DNA of 64,000 nucleotides from Rhodospirillales bacterium (GCA_028818565.1 JAPPNV010000176.1:6382-70381); one strand, 5' to 3'. Positions 18,939 to 30,972 are shown, counted from the stretch's first letter. Notes: generated by a model from the sequence alone, not told the origin. A program made the numbers and translations.

Positions 18939-19826
18939 CTATCGTCGCATCCCGACGAAGGCCTGGCCGCCGATGCTGCCGAGGATGATCAGCCCGCCGA
19001 CGAGGGTGAGCACGCTCGGCACCTCGCCGAATGCAAGCGCCACCCAGAGCGAGGCGAACACCACCTCGGTCAGCGAGAGGACGAGCAGCTCGGCGGCGGG
19101 GACATTTCGCGCGCCGATGGTCAGCATGAAGATACCGGCGCCGATGACCAGCACGCCGTACATCGTGGCCAGCCCCACATCCACCAGCGGCGGCGCGAGG
19201 CCGGTGCCGCTGGCCGCCGCCATGATCCCGCTGAACACGATGGTGATGGCGGCGGCGATCAGGATCGACGGGCTCATGTCGGTGTGCCGGCCGCGCCGGA
19301 TGGCGACCGAGAAGCCGGCGAAGCCGACCGCAGACGCGAGCGACGCCAGATCGCCGAGGATATCGGCCTCGGCCAGGCCCTCCCCGATCATGATCGCAAC
19401 ACCTGCGATCACGCCGGCAATGGCAAACCACATCGAGCGGGCCACGCGCTCGCGCAGCACCATCCAGCCGATGAACGCCGCAAAGAGCGGCGACGCGCTG
19501 ATCAGGAGCAGCGCGTTCGCCACCGTGGAGTGCATCACGCCCCACACGTAGCCGGTGAAGGCGACCGCGAGGCCCAAGCCCGCGACCCCGCCTGTCGCGC
19601 CCGCGCGGCGGATCGTGGGGAGCACCGGCCGCCCCGTGAGGAGCAGATAGATGAGGATCGCGAACGCCGCGCCGAGGGAGCGGTAGAACAGGAACTGCCA
19701 CGGCGTGCTCTCGTCGGCGAGCCGGATGATCGGCCCGCCCAGGCTCATGCAGAGCCCGGCAGAGAGCACCCAGAGGCGGCCCGTGACGCGGCCGCGATCG
19801 GGCCCGGAACCCAGGATCGTGGTCAA
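18939..19826 (-). CDS. DMT (EamA-like) family transporter
   Basis: 295-aa polytopic membrane protein with EamA-like repeats. Confidence 0.7.
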   Translation of the reverse strand: MTTILGSGPDRGRVTGRLWVLSAGLCMSLGGPIIRLADESTPWQFLFYRSLGAAFAILIYLLLTGRPVLPTIRRAGATGGVAGLGLAVAFTGYVWGVMHSTVANALLLISASPLFAAFIGWMVLRERVARSMWFAIAGVIAGVAIMIGEGLAEADILGDLASLASAVGFAGFSVAIRRGRHTDMSPSILIAAAITIVFSGIMAAASGTGLAPPLVDVGLATMYGVLVIGAGIFMLTIGARNVPAAELLVLSLTEVVFASLWVALAFGEVPSVLTLVGGLIILGSIGGQAFVGMRR

Positions 19827-19903
19827 GAGGCCTCCGCACGATCTGCGAGAGCGGCCGGGACGCGCCGGGGCGTCCGCCAGAATCGGGCGCTAGAATGCCC
19901 TTA

Positions 19904-21154
19904 TCAGGGCGACTTGTCGCCGTCCGATTCCGTCTCGGAGCGCGGGTCCAGCTCGTAGAGGGTGGGCGACGTGCGCGGCACCGCCACAAAACCGGCGCGA
20001 TCGTCCTGCTTCGGACGCGGGCGCAGCACGAGACGGACTATGGTGAAAAGCGCCAGCGCGGCGTGGACGGAGGTCGTGAACATGAACAGGCCGCCATTGC
20101 CGTAATACCCCATCAGCGCCGACGCGATCAGCGGGCCGAGCGATGCGCCGAACCCGTAGACCAGCAGGAGCCCGCCGGCGGTCGCCACGAAGCGCGTGTC
20201 TTCCGCGTGGTCGTTCGCATGCGCCACCGACACCGCGTAAAGGGGCATGGCGAAGCCGCCGAAGGCGGCGGAGAGCCCGATCAGCAGAGTGGTCGATGGC
20301 TCCACCCAGGTACTGAGCAGCACGCCGCTCGCCGCCGCGCAGAGCGTCGCGCCGACGATCACGAAGCGCCGGTCGATCCGGTCTGAGACGAGGCCGAGCG
20401 GCCATTGCGCGACGGCGCCGGCGAGCGTCGCACCGGCGATGAAGTAGACCAAATTGTCGATGTCGAGGCCGCTGCGGCTCGCGAAGATCGGTCCCAGGGT
20501 CCAGAACGAGCCGTTGACGAGGCCGACGCTCAGGCAGCCGATGAATCCCACCGGCGAGAGGCGCCAGAGACCCGCGATGTCGAGACCGATGGTCGCGGGC
20601 CGGGGCGGCTCCGGCGCCCTGGTCAGCGATACCGGGACCAGCGCGATCGCAATCAGGATGGCGATCAGCGCGAACAGCTCGAAGCCAGCAGGGTCGTACG
20701 CCGTCAGCAGGAACTGCCCCGCCATCAGCACGCAGAGGCTGATGAACGTGTACGCCGACATGATCGCGCCGCGGTTGGCGGTGGTGGCACGGTCGTTCAG
20801 CCAGCTCTCGATCACCACGTAGAGGCCGGCGAAGGCGAAGCCGACGAAGAAACGCAGCACCCCCCAGGCGATGGGGTCGATCAGGAAGACATGGGCCAGC
20901 GCCGTCGCGGCGATGATGCTGGAGAGCGTCGCGAAGGTCCTGATGTGGCCGACGCGGCGCACCACGAAGGGCACGTTGAGGCAACCCAGGATGAAGCCCG
21001 CGAAGTAGACGGTGCCGAGCAGGCCGATCTCGAGCGTCGAGAAAGCCTCGATCTCCGCCCGCACCGGCAGCAGCGTGTTGATCAGCCCGTTGCCGGTGAA
21101 GAGGATCGCCGTGCTGAGCAGCAGCGCAGTGAGCTGTCGAAGTGTCGCGGTCAT
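19904..21154 (-). CDS. MFS transporter
   Basis: 416 aa, 12 predicted TM helices, MFS-like loop motifs. Confidence 0.75.
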   Translation of the reverse strand: MTATLRQLTALLLSTAILFTGNGLINTLLPVRAEIEAFSTLEIGLLGTVYFAGFILGCLNVPFVVRRVGHIRTFATLSSIIAATALAHVFLIDPIAWGVLRFFVGFAFAGLYVVIESWLNDRATTANRGAIMSAYTFISLCVLMAGQFLLTAYDPAGFELFALIAILIAIALVPVSLTRAPEPPRPATIGLDIAGLWRLSPVGFIGCLSVGLVNGSFWTLGPIFASRSGLDIDNLVYFIAGATLAGAVAQWPLGLVSDRIDRRFVIVGATLCAAASGVLLSTWVEPSTTLLIGLSAAFGGFAMPLYAVSVAHANDHAEDTRFVATAGGLLLVYGFGASLGPLIASALMGYYGNGGLFMFTTSVHAALALFTIVRLVLRPRPKQDDRAGFVAVPRTSPTLYELDPRSETESDGDKSP

Positions 21155-21241
21155 GGCGATGCGGACATGGGGTGGCGAACCCGCGCGAGCAACACAATTT
21201 TGCCTGCCACCGGACGAATTTAACGGGCGACCAGAAAATCC

Positions 21242-22537
21242 TCAGGCGACTGTGACGGCCACCCGGTGCATGGCGTTGTTGAGATACCCCTTGGGGTTCC
21301 AGGCGACGGCGTGGGGCTGGCTTACCCCCTCGGAATCCGTCGCCCTGGCCCAGATCTCGTAATAGCCGGGTCCGGGAAACTCGATCGCAGCACGCCAGTT
21401 CTGCCAGGCGTGAGGATTCGCCGGATCGTCCAGAGTGGCGGGGATCCAGGTCGCGCCGAAGTCGATGGAGAGCAAGACCGTATCGACGGTTCGCTCGCCC
21501 GCCCAGGCATGCCCGCGCGCCTGTAGCGCACGCGTCGCGGCCCGGTGGCCGGTGGCCGGGCGCGTGATCAACGACTTGACCGGCATCGCCTCGATGATGA
21601 CGAAGTCCGTCTCGTCCAATTGCTCCCCCGGTGCCACCGGGCGGCCGGGAACCCGGTAGGACCTGCCGGCCATCTTCGCCCCATCGTGGACCCGGTCCCG
21701 CAGCCAGACGCGCGTGAGCCACTTTTGGGAGCACGACCCCGGCCATCCGGGAAAAACCAGGCGCAGCGGCGCGCCGTTCATGGGGTGGATCGGGCGGCCG
21801 TTCTGGGCGAAGGCGACGAGAGAGCTGGGGTCCATGGCCTTGGCGATGGGCACGCCCCGCGAGATCGGGAGCCCGCTCGCCGCCCCGGAGGGGTGCGTGT
21901 CCGCGCCCTCGTGCGCGGTATAGACGACGTCGCTCCTTACACCTGCCGCCTTGAGCACGTCGGCAAGGCGGACGCCGGTCCATTCCGAGCAGGCGACGGC
22001 GCCGTAGGTCCACTGCGCGCCTGTGGCCGGGGGATCGAAGAAGGCGCGGCCGTTGCCCGCACACTCCAGAGTGAGCGCGCGGGTGACGACATCGAACCTG
22101 CGCTTGAGATCGTTGATGCCGAGCTTGAGCGGGGTCGCGACCAGACCGTCGACGGTGAGCGTCCAGGCGGCGGCATCGACGCTCGCCGGCGGAATGCCGT
22201 TGTTGCGGACGAAGTGCCTCTCGGTCGGCGTGATGGCGTCGTCGAGCAGAGGCGCCGGCGCCTCCGCATTCAGCGGCCGCTCGTTGAGCACGACCAGGCC
22301 GTCCTTGCCCTGAATGACCGGCATGTCGGCGAGCGCGACGGGGATGAAGTGCGCGGGCATGGTGCGGTGGAAGGGGATGGCGCCGCCGACCAGCGCCGCC
22401 ATGGCGCCAAGCCCGGCACTTTTAAGGAACCCGCGCCTGTCGGGATGGGTGACGCGGCCGAAGAGCAGGCGGTCGGCCTTGTCGGGATCCTCCCGATAGA
22501 GCTCGAACAAGCTCCGGCTCGCAGAGGTCTTGTGCAT
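21242..22537 (-). CDS. sulfite-oxidase-family molybdopterin oxidoreductase, Tat-secreted
   Basis: Tat motif DRRGFLKSAGLGAMAAL after ATG 22537. The Moco-binding region (ERHFVRNNG...ECAGNGR) and dimerisation domain fit the SorA/YedY family. Confidence 0.75.
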   Translation of the reverse strand: MHKTSASRSLFELYREDPDKADRLLFGRVTHPDRRGFLKSAGLGAMAALVGGAIPFHRTMPAHFIPVALADMPVIQGKDGLVVLNERPLNAEAPAPLLDDAITPTERHFVRNNGIPPASVDAAAWTLTVDGLVATPLKLGINDLKRRFDVVTRALTLECAGNGRAFFDPPATGAQWTYGAVACSEWTGVRLADVLKAAGVRSDVVYTAHEGADTHPSGAASGLPISRGVPIAKAMDPSSLVAFAQNGRPIHPMNGAPLRLVFPGWPGSCSQKWLTRVWLRDRVHDGAKMAGRSYRVPGRPVAPGEQLDETDFVIIEAMPVKSLITRPATGHRAATRALQARGHAWAGERTVDTVLLSIDFGATWIPATLDDPANPHAWQNWRAAIEFPGPGYYEIWARATDSEGVSQPHAVAWNPKGYLNNAMHRVAVTVA

Positions 22538-22678
22538 TGCTCGCGTCGCGTCGAGTGCCGGTGGATACGATAGCGGCAGCGGAGGGGATCGAACAGGCGG
22601 CTTGCCCACCACGCGTTACGCTGCCGATCGGTTAAACTGCGGGCAGTCTTGCGAGCACAAATTCCAGGGACACCCGAT

Positions 22679-23449
22679 ATGACCGCAGACTACGAGACCA
22701 TGACGCTCTCGCGCGAAGGCCGGCTCGTCCGCATCGAGTTGACGCGGCCTGAGCGACTCAACGCCTTCGCCATGACCGGCACCCGCGAGCTGCTCGACGC
22801 GGCCAGCCGCCTCGCCGCTGACGAGGATGTCCGCATGGTGGCGATCACCGGCTCGGGCCGGGCGTTTTCCACCGGTATCGACCTCAAGGATCTCGCCGCC
22901 GGGCAGATCGAGCCGAGCTATTTCGATATGTGGGACCGGGCGCTCCGAGTGTTCGAGACGATGGACAAGCTCGTCCTCTGCCTGATTCACGGCTACGCCG
23001 TCGGCGGCGGCCTGCAGCTCGCGCTGGCCTGCGATATCCGCGTCTGCACGCCCTCGGCGCAACTCGGCCTGCCGGCGATCAAGGAGGGGCTGATCCCCGG
23101 CTTGGGCACCTTCCGCCTCGCGCGCTATATCGGGCTCGGTCGCGCCAAGTCACTGATCATCCGCGGCAACATGATCGACGGCACCGAGGCGGAGCGCATC
23201 GGCATGGTGGATCACCTGGTTGCCGAGGACACGGCCCTGGAAGAATTCGAAGCCCTGGTCGGCGAGTACGCCAGCACCAACTCGACCGGTTGCCGCGCTT
23301 CCAAGCAGATGCTGCTCGATTGTTTCGACCTCGGGTGGGAGGCCTTCTTTCACAAGTACCTGGTGCTGCAGGGCAACGCCGTGGCCGCGCCCGACTTTGC
23401 CGAAGCGATGGCGGCCTACCGCGAAGGCCGCGACCCGCGCTGGGAGTAA
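22679..23449 (+). CDS. enoyl-CoA hydratase/isomerase (crotonase) family protein
   Basis: LNAF...AITGSGRAFSTGIDLKDL...GYAVGGGLQLALACDIR is the crotonase fold. Confidence 0.8.
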   Translation: MTADYETMTLSREGRLVRIELTRPERLNAFAMTGTRELLDAASRLAADEDVRMVAITGSGRAFSTGIDLKDLAAGQIEPSYFDMWDRALRVFETMDKLVLCLIHGYAVGGGLQLALACDIRVCTPSAQLGLPAIKEGLIPGLGTFRLARYIGLGRAKSLIIRGNMIDGTEAERIGMVDHLVAEDTALEEFEALVGEYASTNSTGCRASKQMLLDCFDLGWEAFFHKYLVLQGNAVAAPDFAEAMAAYREGRDPRWE

Positions 23450-23462
23450 GCGCGCGCCAGCA

Positions 23463-23729
23463 TCAATTCGCGCCGCTGCCCTCTCTCCGTGCGCGCATTT
23501 GCTTCGCAAAGAGGCGCGCGGCGGCAAATGCGCCGTAAGTGGCGACGCAGAACGGCACGCAATAGGTCAGCCCGAGCTTGAACCAGTTGATCGCGCCGTC
23601 GCCGGTGATGTGGTCGCCCTGGTTGATCATGTTGAGGATCGTGCCGACTATCGCGCCGACGATCAGCGAGTTGCGGATTACGGGCCATGAGAAGGTCCAG
23701 CGCAGCGGCGTCAGGGCGGGATCGTGCAT
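23463..23729 (-). CDS. small membrane protein (possibly NrtS-like)
   Basis: 88 aa, 2 predicted TM helices. Functional assignment is tentative. Confidence 0.35.
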   Translation of the reverse strand: MHDPALTPLRWTFSWPVIRNSLIVGAIVGTILNMINQGDHITGDGAINWFKLGLTYCVPFCVATYGAFAAARLFAKQMRARREGSGAN

Positions 23730-23768
23730 GGCGGCCTGGCTCCAGTATCCCTGTGCTGGGCGCCCCGA

Positions 23769-24671
23769 TCAGCGCCGGTTGGCGGCGGCCTCGCGGCGGT
23801 AGGGGTGGGCCGGGTAGACGCCCATGATCCGCACCTCCCGCGAGAAGTAATCAAGCTCGCTCAAGGCACGCCCCAGCCCAAGCTCCGACGGGTGTCCCTC
23901 GACCTCCGCGAAGAAGACCGTCGCCGAAAAGCTGCCATCCACCATGTAGCTTTCCAGCTTGGTCATATTAACGCCGTTGGTGGCGAAACCGCCGAGACAC
24001 TTGTAGAGCGCCGCGGGCACGTTGCGGCACTGGAACATGAAGGAGGTGATCACCGGCCCACCTCCCACGCTGGGGTCGAGCGGCTGCCGCGACAGCACCA
24101 CGAAGCGCGTCGTGTTGTTGGGCTCGTCCTCGACCTCGGCCTCGACAATCGCGAGGCCGTAGGTCTCGGCCGCGAGTTGGGAGGCGATGGCGGCACTGGT
24201 CGGGTCGTCCGCCACTGCCACCTCGGCGGCAGCGCCGGCGGTATCGGCGTGCACCACCGGCAAGAGACCGCGTCGCGCGATGACCTTGCGGCACTGGGAG
24301 AGCGCATGGACGTGCGAGCGCACGGTGGTCAGGCCCGCAGGATCAGCATTGGGAAGGGCGAGGAGGTTGTGGCGCACGCGCTCGAAGTGTTCCGCGACGA
24401 TGTGCAGGTCGGATTCGGGCAGGAGCTGGTGAATATCGGCCACGCGACCGGCCGCCGAGTTCTCGATGGGGATCATGGCGAGCCCGGCGCGGCCGTCCGT
24501 CACGGTGGCGAAGGTATCGCTGAAGGTCTTGCAGGGGAGCGTGGTCATCGCCGGGTAGAGCGCCACGCAGGCGGCCTCGGAGAAGGCGCCCGGCGCCCCC
24601 TGAAAGGCAATCACGGTCGCCGGATCCTCGATCCGCTCGCCGCTATCGCTACTTGTATTCGATGGAGACAT
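23769..24671 (-). CDS. pheA: prephenate dehydratase
   Basis: Start MSPSNTSS at ATG 24671. PDT domain (IAFQGAPGAFSE...TTRFVVL) followed by an ACT domain. Confidence 0.85.
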   Translation of the reverse strand: MSPSNTSSDSGERIEDPATVIAFQGAPGAFSEAACVALYPAMTTLPCKTFSDTFATVTDGRAGLAMIPIENSAAGRVADIHQLLPESDLHIVAEHFERVRHNLLALPNADPAGLTTVRSHVHALSQCRKVIARRGLLPVVHADTAGAAAEVAVADDPTSAAIASQLAAETYGLAIVEAEVEDEPNNTTRFVVLSRQPLDPSVGGGPVITSFMFQCRNVPAALYKCLGGFATNGVNMTKLESYMVDGSFSATVFFAEVEGHPSELGLGRALSELDYFSREVRIMGVYPAHPYRREAAANRR

Positions 24672-24816
24672 GGGCAGGCGCCTGACGGGTGCGGGCGGCC
24701 GATACCGGCGGCCCTTCAACCGGCGCCGGACTATCCGCGCAGGGCGCGGGCGTGTCAACGCGAGTGACGCCGCAGGCGCGGGATGCGCTATGGTGCGGCA
24801 CCGCAAGAGGGATGCC

Positions 24817-26133
24817 ATGAACGACCCCGTTCGCCCGCCGCGCCGGGACGAACTCGATCCCATCGAGACCGCGAGCCGCGACGAGATCGCGGCCCTGCAG
24901 CTCACGCGGCTGCGGGCGACCCTGCGGTGCGCTTACGACAATGTGCCCCACTACAAGAGATGTTTCGACGAGGCCGGGGTGAGCCCGGCCGATCTCACCT
25001 CCCTCGACGACCTCGCCGGGTTCCCGTTCACGGTCAAGGACGACCTCCGGCTCAACTACCCCTTCGACATGTTCGCGGTGCCGCGCGAGCAGGTCATCCG
25101 CATCCATGCCTCGAGCGGCACCACCGGCATCCCTACCGTGGTGGGTTACACGAGGAACGACCTCGACACGTGGGCCGGCCTGGTCGCCCGCTGCCTGCGC
25201 GCCGCCGGTGCGCGACCCGGCGACATGGTGCACATCGCTTACGGCTACGGGCTCTTCACCGGAGGCCTCGGCCTCCACGCCGGCGCCGAGAAGCTTGGCT
25301 GCACCGTGATCCCCGCCTCGGGTGGGTTCACCGAGCGTCAGGTGGGGATGATCTACGACTTCGAGCCCCGGGTCATCGCCGTCACGCCATCGTACATGCT
25401 GGCAATCGGCGACGAGTTCGAGCGCCTGGGGCTGGACCCGCGGCGCTGCTCGCTGCAGATCGGCATTCACGGCGCCGAGCCCTGGACCGAGGCGATGCGC
25501 GAGGAGATCGAGACCCGCTTCGCCATGCAGGCCATCGACATATACGGGTGTTCCGAGGCCATCGGCCCCGGTGTCTCCATCGAATGCGTGGAGAGCAAGG
25601 ACGGTCTCCATATCTGGGAAGACCACTTCTACCCGGAGATCGTCGATCCCGAGACCGGCGCCGTGCTGCCCGACGGCGAGGCGGGGGAGCTGATCATCAC
25701 CTCCCTCACCAAGGAGGCGTGCCCGATCATCCGCTACCGTACCCGCGACCTCACCCGGCTGCTGCCGGGCACCGCGCGCTCCATGCGGCGCATGCAGCGG
25801 GTCACGGGACGCAACGACGACATGCTGATCATCCGCGGCGTCAACCTGTTTCCGTCGTTCATCGAGGAGATCGTGCTCGAAGACCAGCGCTTGTCACCGC
25901 ACTACTACCTCGAAGTGAGGCGTCCGGGCCGCCTGGACGAGCTGACGGTGGTCGTCGAGGCGAAGACCGGGGCAACCGATGGCGAGACGCGACGGGCGGC
26001 GGGGCGCGACCTCGCCGGCCGTATTCGGTCGCTGATCGGCATCGGCAGCAAAGTCACGGTCGGTGAGCCGGGCTCGATCGAACGCTCGGCCGGCAAGGCC
26101 AAGCGCATCGTCGACCTGCGTCCCAAGGAATAG
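24817..26133 (+). CDS. paaK: phenylacetate-CoA ligase family protein (PaaK-like)
   Basis: Near-colinear with PaaK: RIHASSGTTGIPTVVGYT, EPWTEAMREEIE, IRYRTRDLTRLLPGTARSMRRM and DDMLIIRGVNLFPS. Confidence 0.9.
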   Translation: MNDPVRPPRRDELDPIETASRDEIAALQLTRLRATLRCAYDNVPHYKRCFDEAGVSPADLTSLDDLAGFPFTVKDDLRLNYPFDMFAVPREQVIRIHASSGTTGIPTVVGYTRNDLDTWAGLVARCLRAAGARPGDMVHIAYGYGLFTGGLGLHAGAEKLGCTVIPASGGFTERQVGMIYDFEPRVIAVTPSYMLAIGDEFERLGLDPRRCSLQIGIHGAEPWTEAMREEIETRFAMQAIDIYGCSEAIGPGVSIECVESKDGLHIWEDHFYPEIVDPETGAVLPDGEAGELIITSLTKEACPIIRYRTRDLTRLLPGTARSMRRMQRVTGRNDDMLIIRGVNLFPSFIEEIVLEDQRLSPHYYLEVRRPGRLDELTVVVEAKTGATDGETRRAAGRDLAGRIRSLIGIGSKVTVGEPGSIERSAGKAKRIVDLRPKE

Positions 26134-26243
26134 CGATTGCCCGGAAAATTCCCGTGGATGGCGGAGAGCGGCCCGCCATATAGTCCGCAAGGCACAATCG
26201 AAATCGGGACGCGTTGGCCGCTGCCCGATAGACGGCGGAGACC

Positions 26244-27893
26244 ATGATCGACTTCCGGACCCATCCGGACCAATACCGCCACTGGGGGCTCGCCGTCGAC
26301 GGCGCCATCGCCACGCTTGCGCTCGACGTGGACGAGAATGGCGGCATCGCCGGCGACTATGCGCTGAAGCTCAATTCCTACGATCTCGGCGTCGATATCG
26401 AGCTTGCGGATGCCGCCCAGCGGCTGCGCTTCGAGCATCCGCAGGTGCGCGCGGTGGTGCTCACCTCGGCGAAAGACCGCGTGTTCTCCGCTGGCGCGAA
26501 CATCCCGATGCTCTCGCGCTCGTCGCATATCGATAAGGTCAACTTCTGCAAGTTCACCAACGAGACCCGCAACGCCATCGAGGATACCTCGGCCAACGCG
26601 GGCCAGCGCTGGATGACCGTGATCGCCGGCACTGCGGCGGGCGGCGGCTACGAGCTTGCGCTCGCGACCGACCACATCCTCCTGGTGGATGACGGATCGA
26701 CCGCCGTGTCGCTGCCCGAGGTCCCGCTGCTCGCGGTGCTGCCGGGCACCGGCGGGCTTACCCGCGTCGTCGACAAGCGCTGCGTGCGCCGCGACCGCGC
26801 CGATTATTTCTGCACGACCGGGGAAGGCGTGCGCGGGCGCCGCGCGCTGGACTGGAAGCTGGTGGACGAGCTGGTGCCGCGCTCGCGCCTCGACGATGCG
26901 GTAGCGGCCCGCGCCGCCGCCCTTGCCGAGGAATCGGACCGGCCGGCCGACGCGAAAGGGATCGCGTTGCCGACGCTCGAGCGCACCGAAACCGAGGACG
27001 CCGTCTCCTACCGCCACGTCCACGTAACCCTCGACCGGGCGCGGGGCACGGCGACGCTCACGGTGGCCGCGCCCGAGATGGCGCCGCCTTCCGAGCCTGC
27101 CGCGATTCACGCCGCCGGTGCCGACTTCTGGCCGCTGGCGCTCGCGCGCGAGCTCGACGATGCGATCCTGCACCTGCGCTTCAACGAGCCGGCGCTCGGC
27201 ACCTGGGTCCTCACGACGACGGGAGCGGTGGCGCACGTCGCGGCGGCGGATGCCGCGCTCGCGGCCAACGCCGGCGACTGGCTGGTGCGCGAGATCACCC
27301 TCTACCTGAAGCGCACCCTCAAGCGCCTCGACGTGAGCGCGCGCAGCCTGGTCGCGCTGATCGAGCCGGGCTCGTGCTTCACCGGCACGCTGCTGGAGCT
27401 CGCGCTCGCGGCCGACCGCAGCTTCATGTTGGACGGCGCCTTCGAAGGCTCGAACGAGGCGCCGGCGACGGTGCGGCTCACGGCGATGAACACCGGACCG
27501 CTGCCGATGGCGAACGGGCTCTCCAGGCTCGCCAGCCGCTTCCTCGACGATGATGCGGCGCTTGCGGCGGCGCACGATGCCGTTGGCGCCGACCTCGACG
27601 CCGGGGTGGCGGAGGCGTTGGGTCTCGTCACCTTCATCCCCGACGATATCGACTGGGAGGACGAGGTGCGCATCGCCATCGAGGCGCGCGCGGCGTTCTC
27701 GCCCGATGCGCTCAGCGGTATGGAAGCCTCGCTCCGCTTCGCCGGGCCGGAAACCCTGGAGACCAAGATCTTCGGCCGTCTCTCGGCATGGCAGAACTGG
27801 ATATTCCAGCGCCCCAACACCGTGGGCCCCGAGGGCGCGCTCAAACTCTACGGGTCGGGCGTGCAGCCGACCTTCGACCGCAACCGCGTCTAG
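26244..27893 (+). CDS. boxC: 2,3-epoxybenzoyl-CoA dihydrolase (benzoyl-CoA-dihydrodiol lyase)
   Basis: 549-aa two-domain crotonase-fold protein directly upstream of boxB. Length and layout match BoxC. Confidence 0.8.
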   Translation: MIDFRTHPDQYRHWGLAVDGAIATLALDVDENGGIAGDYALKLNSYDLGVDIELADAAQRLRFEHPQVRAVVLTSAKDRVFSAGANIPMLSRSSHIDKVNFCKFTNETRNAIEDTSANAGQRWMTVIAGTAAGGGYELALATDHILLVDDGSTAVSLPEVPLLAVLPGTGGLTRVVDKRCVRRDRADYFCTTGEGVRGRRALDWKLVDELVPRSRLDDAVAARAAALAEESDRPADAKGIALPTLERTETEDAVSYRHVHVTLDRARGTATLTVAAPEMAPPSEPAAIHAAGADFWPLALARELDDAILHLRFNEPALGTWVLTTTGAVAHVAAADAALAANAGDWLVREITLYLKRTLKRLDVSARSLVALIEPGSCFTGTLLELALAADRSFMLDGAFEGSNEAPATVRLTAMNTGPLPMANGLSRLASRFLDDDAALAAAHDAVGADLDAGVAEALGLVTFIPDDIDWEDEVRIAIEARAAFSPDALSGMEASLRFAGPETLETKIFGRLSAWQNWIFQRPNTVGPEGALKLYGSGVQPTFDRNRV

Positions 27894-27913
27894 CGCGGGA
27901 AGGGACCAACCCG

Positions 27914-29329
<1,416 letters not shown>

Positions 29330-29395
29330 GGAAGGCCATCTGGCCGAGCGAAGCCCTTCCGTTCGCGGCTGACGGCGGGATCGAGCGAGAGACCC

Positions 29396-30154
29396 ATGCA
29401 GGAACTCCCACCGCCAACGCTGCTGAAGCGCGACGGCCACGAGGCGATCGCCTATCGAGCAACGGCGGGCAGCACGCCGGGCGTGATGTTCTGCGGCGGC
29501 TTCATGTCGGACATGACCGGCACCAAGGCCACAGAACTGGAGGCCCATTGCCGCCGCACGGGCCGCGCCTGCGTGCGTTTCGACTATGCCGGCCATGGTG
29601 AATCGGGCGGCGCGTTCCGGGACGGCACCATCGGCGGCTGGCGGGACGACGCGCTAGCCGTGCTTGACAGCGTCGCCTGCGGGCCGCAAGTCCTGGTCGG
29701 CTCCAGCATGGGCGGCTGGATCGTGCTGCTGCTCGCGCTGGCCAGGCCGGAGCGCGTCGCAGGCCTCGTGGGCGTCGCCGCGGCGCCGGATTTCACCGAA
29801 GACCTCATCTGGACCACGCTCGACGCAGAATCGCGGCGAACGCTCGTCGAGACCGGCGAATTCGTGATGCCCTGCGACTATGGCGACGACCCCTATCCCA
29901 TCACCATGGGCCTGATCGAGGAGGGGCGCGATCACCTGCTGCTGCGCGCGCCCATCGCGCTTGGCTGCCCGATCCACCTGCTGCAGGGCATGCGCGACGA
30001 GGACGTACCCTGGCGCACCGCGCTCCAAATCGCCGAGACGGTTGAGAGCGAACGGGTCACGGTCGAGCTGGTTAAGGACGGCGATCACCGCCTCTCGCGC
30101 GACGATGACCTCGCTCGCCTGTATGCGGCCGTGGATGCGGTCGCCGGTGCTTGA
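29396..30154 (+). CDS. alpha/beta hydrolase
   Basis: GSSMGG nucleophile elbow and an HGESGG motif. 252 aa. Confidence 0.75.
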   Translation: MQELPPPTLLKRDGHEAIAYRATAGSTPGVMFCGGFMSDMTGTKATELEAHCRRTGRACVRFDYAGHGESGGAFRDGTIGGWRDDALAVLDSVACGPQVLVGSSMGGWIVLLLALARPERVAGLVGVAAAPDFTEDLIWTTLDAESRRTLVETGEFVMPCDYGDDPYPITMGLIEEGRDHLLLRAPIALGCPIHLLQGMRDEDVPWRTALQIAETVESERVTVELVKDGDHRLSRDDDLARLYAAVDAVAGA

Positions 30155-30240
30155 GTGCGTCCGTCTTTGACGGACGCGCGACAGGTCGCGCCGACAGGCG
30201 TGCGGAATCGCAGGACGGCCGGCTGCCGTGAGCGACAAAA
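30154..30240 (+). repeat. REP-like intergenic palindromic repeat, copy 2
   Basis: GAGTGCGTCCGTCTTTGACGGACGCGCGACAGG...GGCTGCCGTGAGCGACAAAA. Perfect 9-bp stem GCGTCCGTC/GACGGACGC. Confidence 0.7.
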
Positions 30241-30390
30241 TGCGAGAGCGCTTCCGTGTGAAACGGAAACGCTCCGGCGAGGCTTGGCTTCCTTCAAATC
30301 ATGGTGAGCGAGCGTGACCGCGCTAGGCAGGGCGCTCTGAGGTTACTATCTATCCCCGAGCAGACGGCTGGCAGAGATGGAGCGACGGCC

Positions 30391-30972
30391 ATGAAGAACA
30401 TTGGAATTCTTGCGCGCCTCACCGCCGCCGTCGCCGTGATCGGCCTGGCACTCTACGGTGGCGCCCTGCTCGCCGCCGATGGGGAGACGCTGCGCACCCT
30501 CGACAAGCGCGTCGATGGCAGCCCCATCCTCAACCTGGTCGTGACCGACGGGCCCATGGAGCCGCCGCCCATCGCCTTCACTGACGAGGCCGGCGAAGAG
30601 CGGAGCCTTGCCGACTATCGCGGCACGCCGGTCGCCGTGCATTTCTGGGCCACTTGGTGCTTCCCCTGCCGCGCCGAGATGCCGACGATGGACGCCTTGC
30701 AGCGCGAGCTTGGCGAGGACTTGGTGATCCTGCCGCTTTCGCTCGACCGCGGCGGCGCCGAGCTCGTGCGCAGGTATTACACGGACCATGACCTGACCAC
30801 GCTCCCGATCTTCATCGACGAGAAGATGGCTGCGGGGCGCGCGCTTCGGGTGCACGGCATCCCCGCCACGGTATTCTTCGACGGCGAGGGCGCGGAGGTC
30901 GCGCGCGTGCTCGGCGATCGCGACTGGGACGACCCGGACGTGATCGAGCTGGTGCGCCACATCGCCCAGTAG
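30391..30972 (+). CDS. tlpA: TlpA-family thiol:disulfide oxidoreductase (periplasmic thioredoxin-like)
   Basis: Signal anchor MKNIGILARLTAAVAVIGLALYGGALLA and active site WATWCFPCRAEMP. Confidence 0.8.
   Translation: MKNIGILARLTAAVAVIGLALYGGALLAADGETLRTLDKRVDGSPILNLVVTDGPMEPPPIAFTDEAGEERSLADYRGTPVAVHFWATWCFPCRAEMPTMDALQRELGEDLVILPLSLDRGGAELVRRYYTDHDLTTLPIFIDEKMAAGRALRVHGIPATVFFDGEGAEVARVLGDRDWDDPDVIELVRHIAQ

Noticed and set aside
18166-22064. 607-aa and 724-aa minus-strand ORFs (18166..19989, 19890..22064)
   Set aside because: Extreme Arg/Pro/Gly content and no domains. They run antisense to, or out of frame with, the well-supported dinB, DMT, MFS and Mo-enzyme genes.
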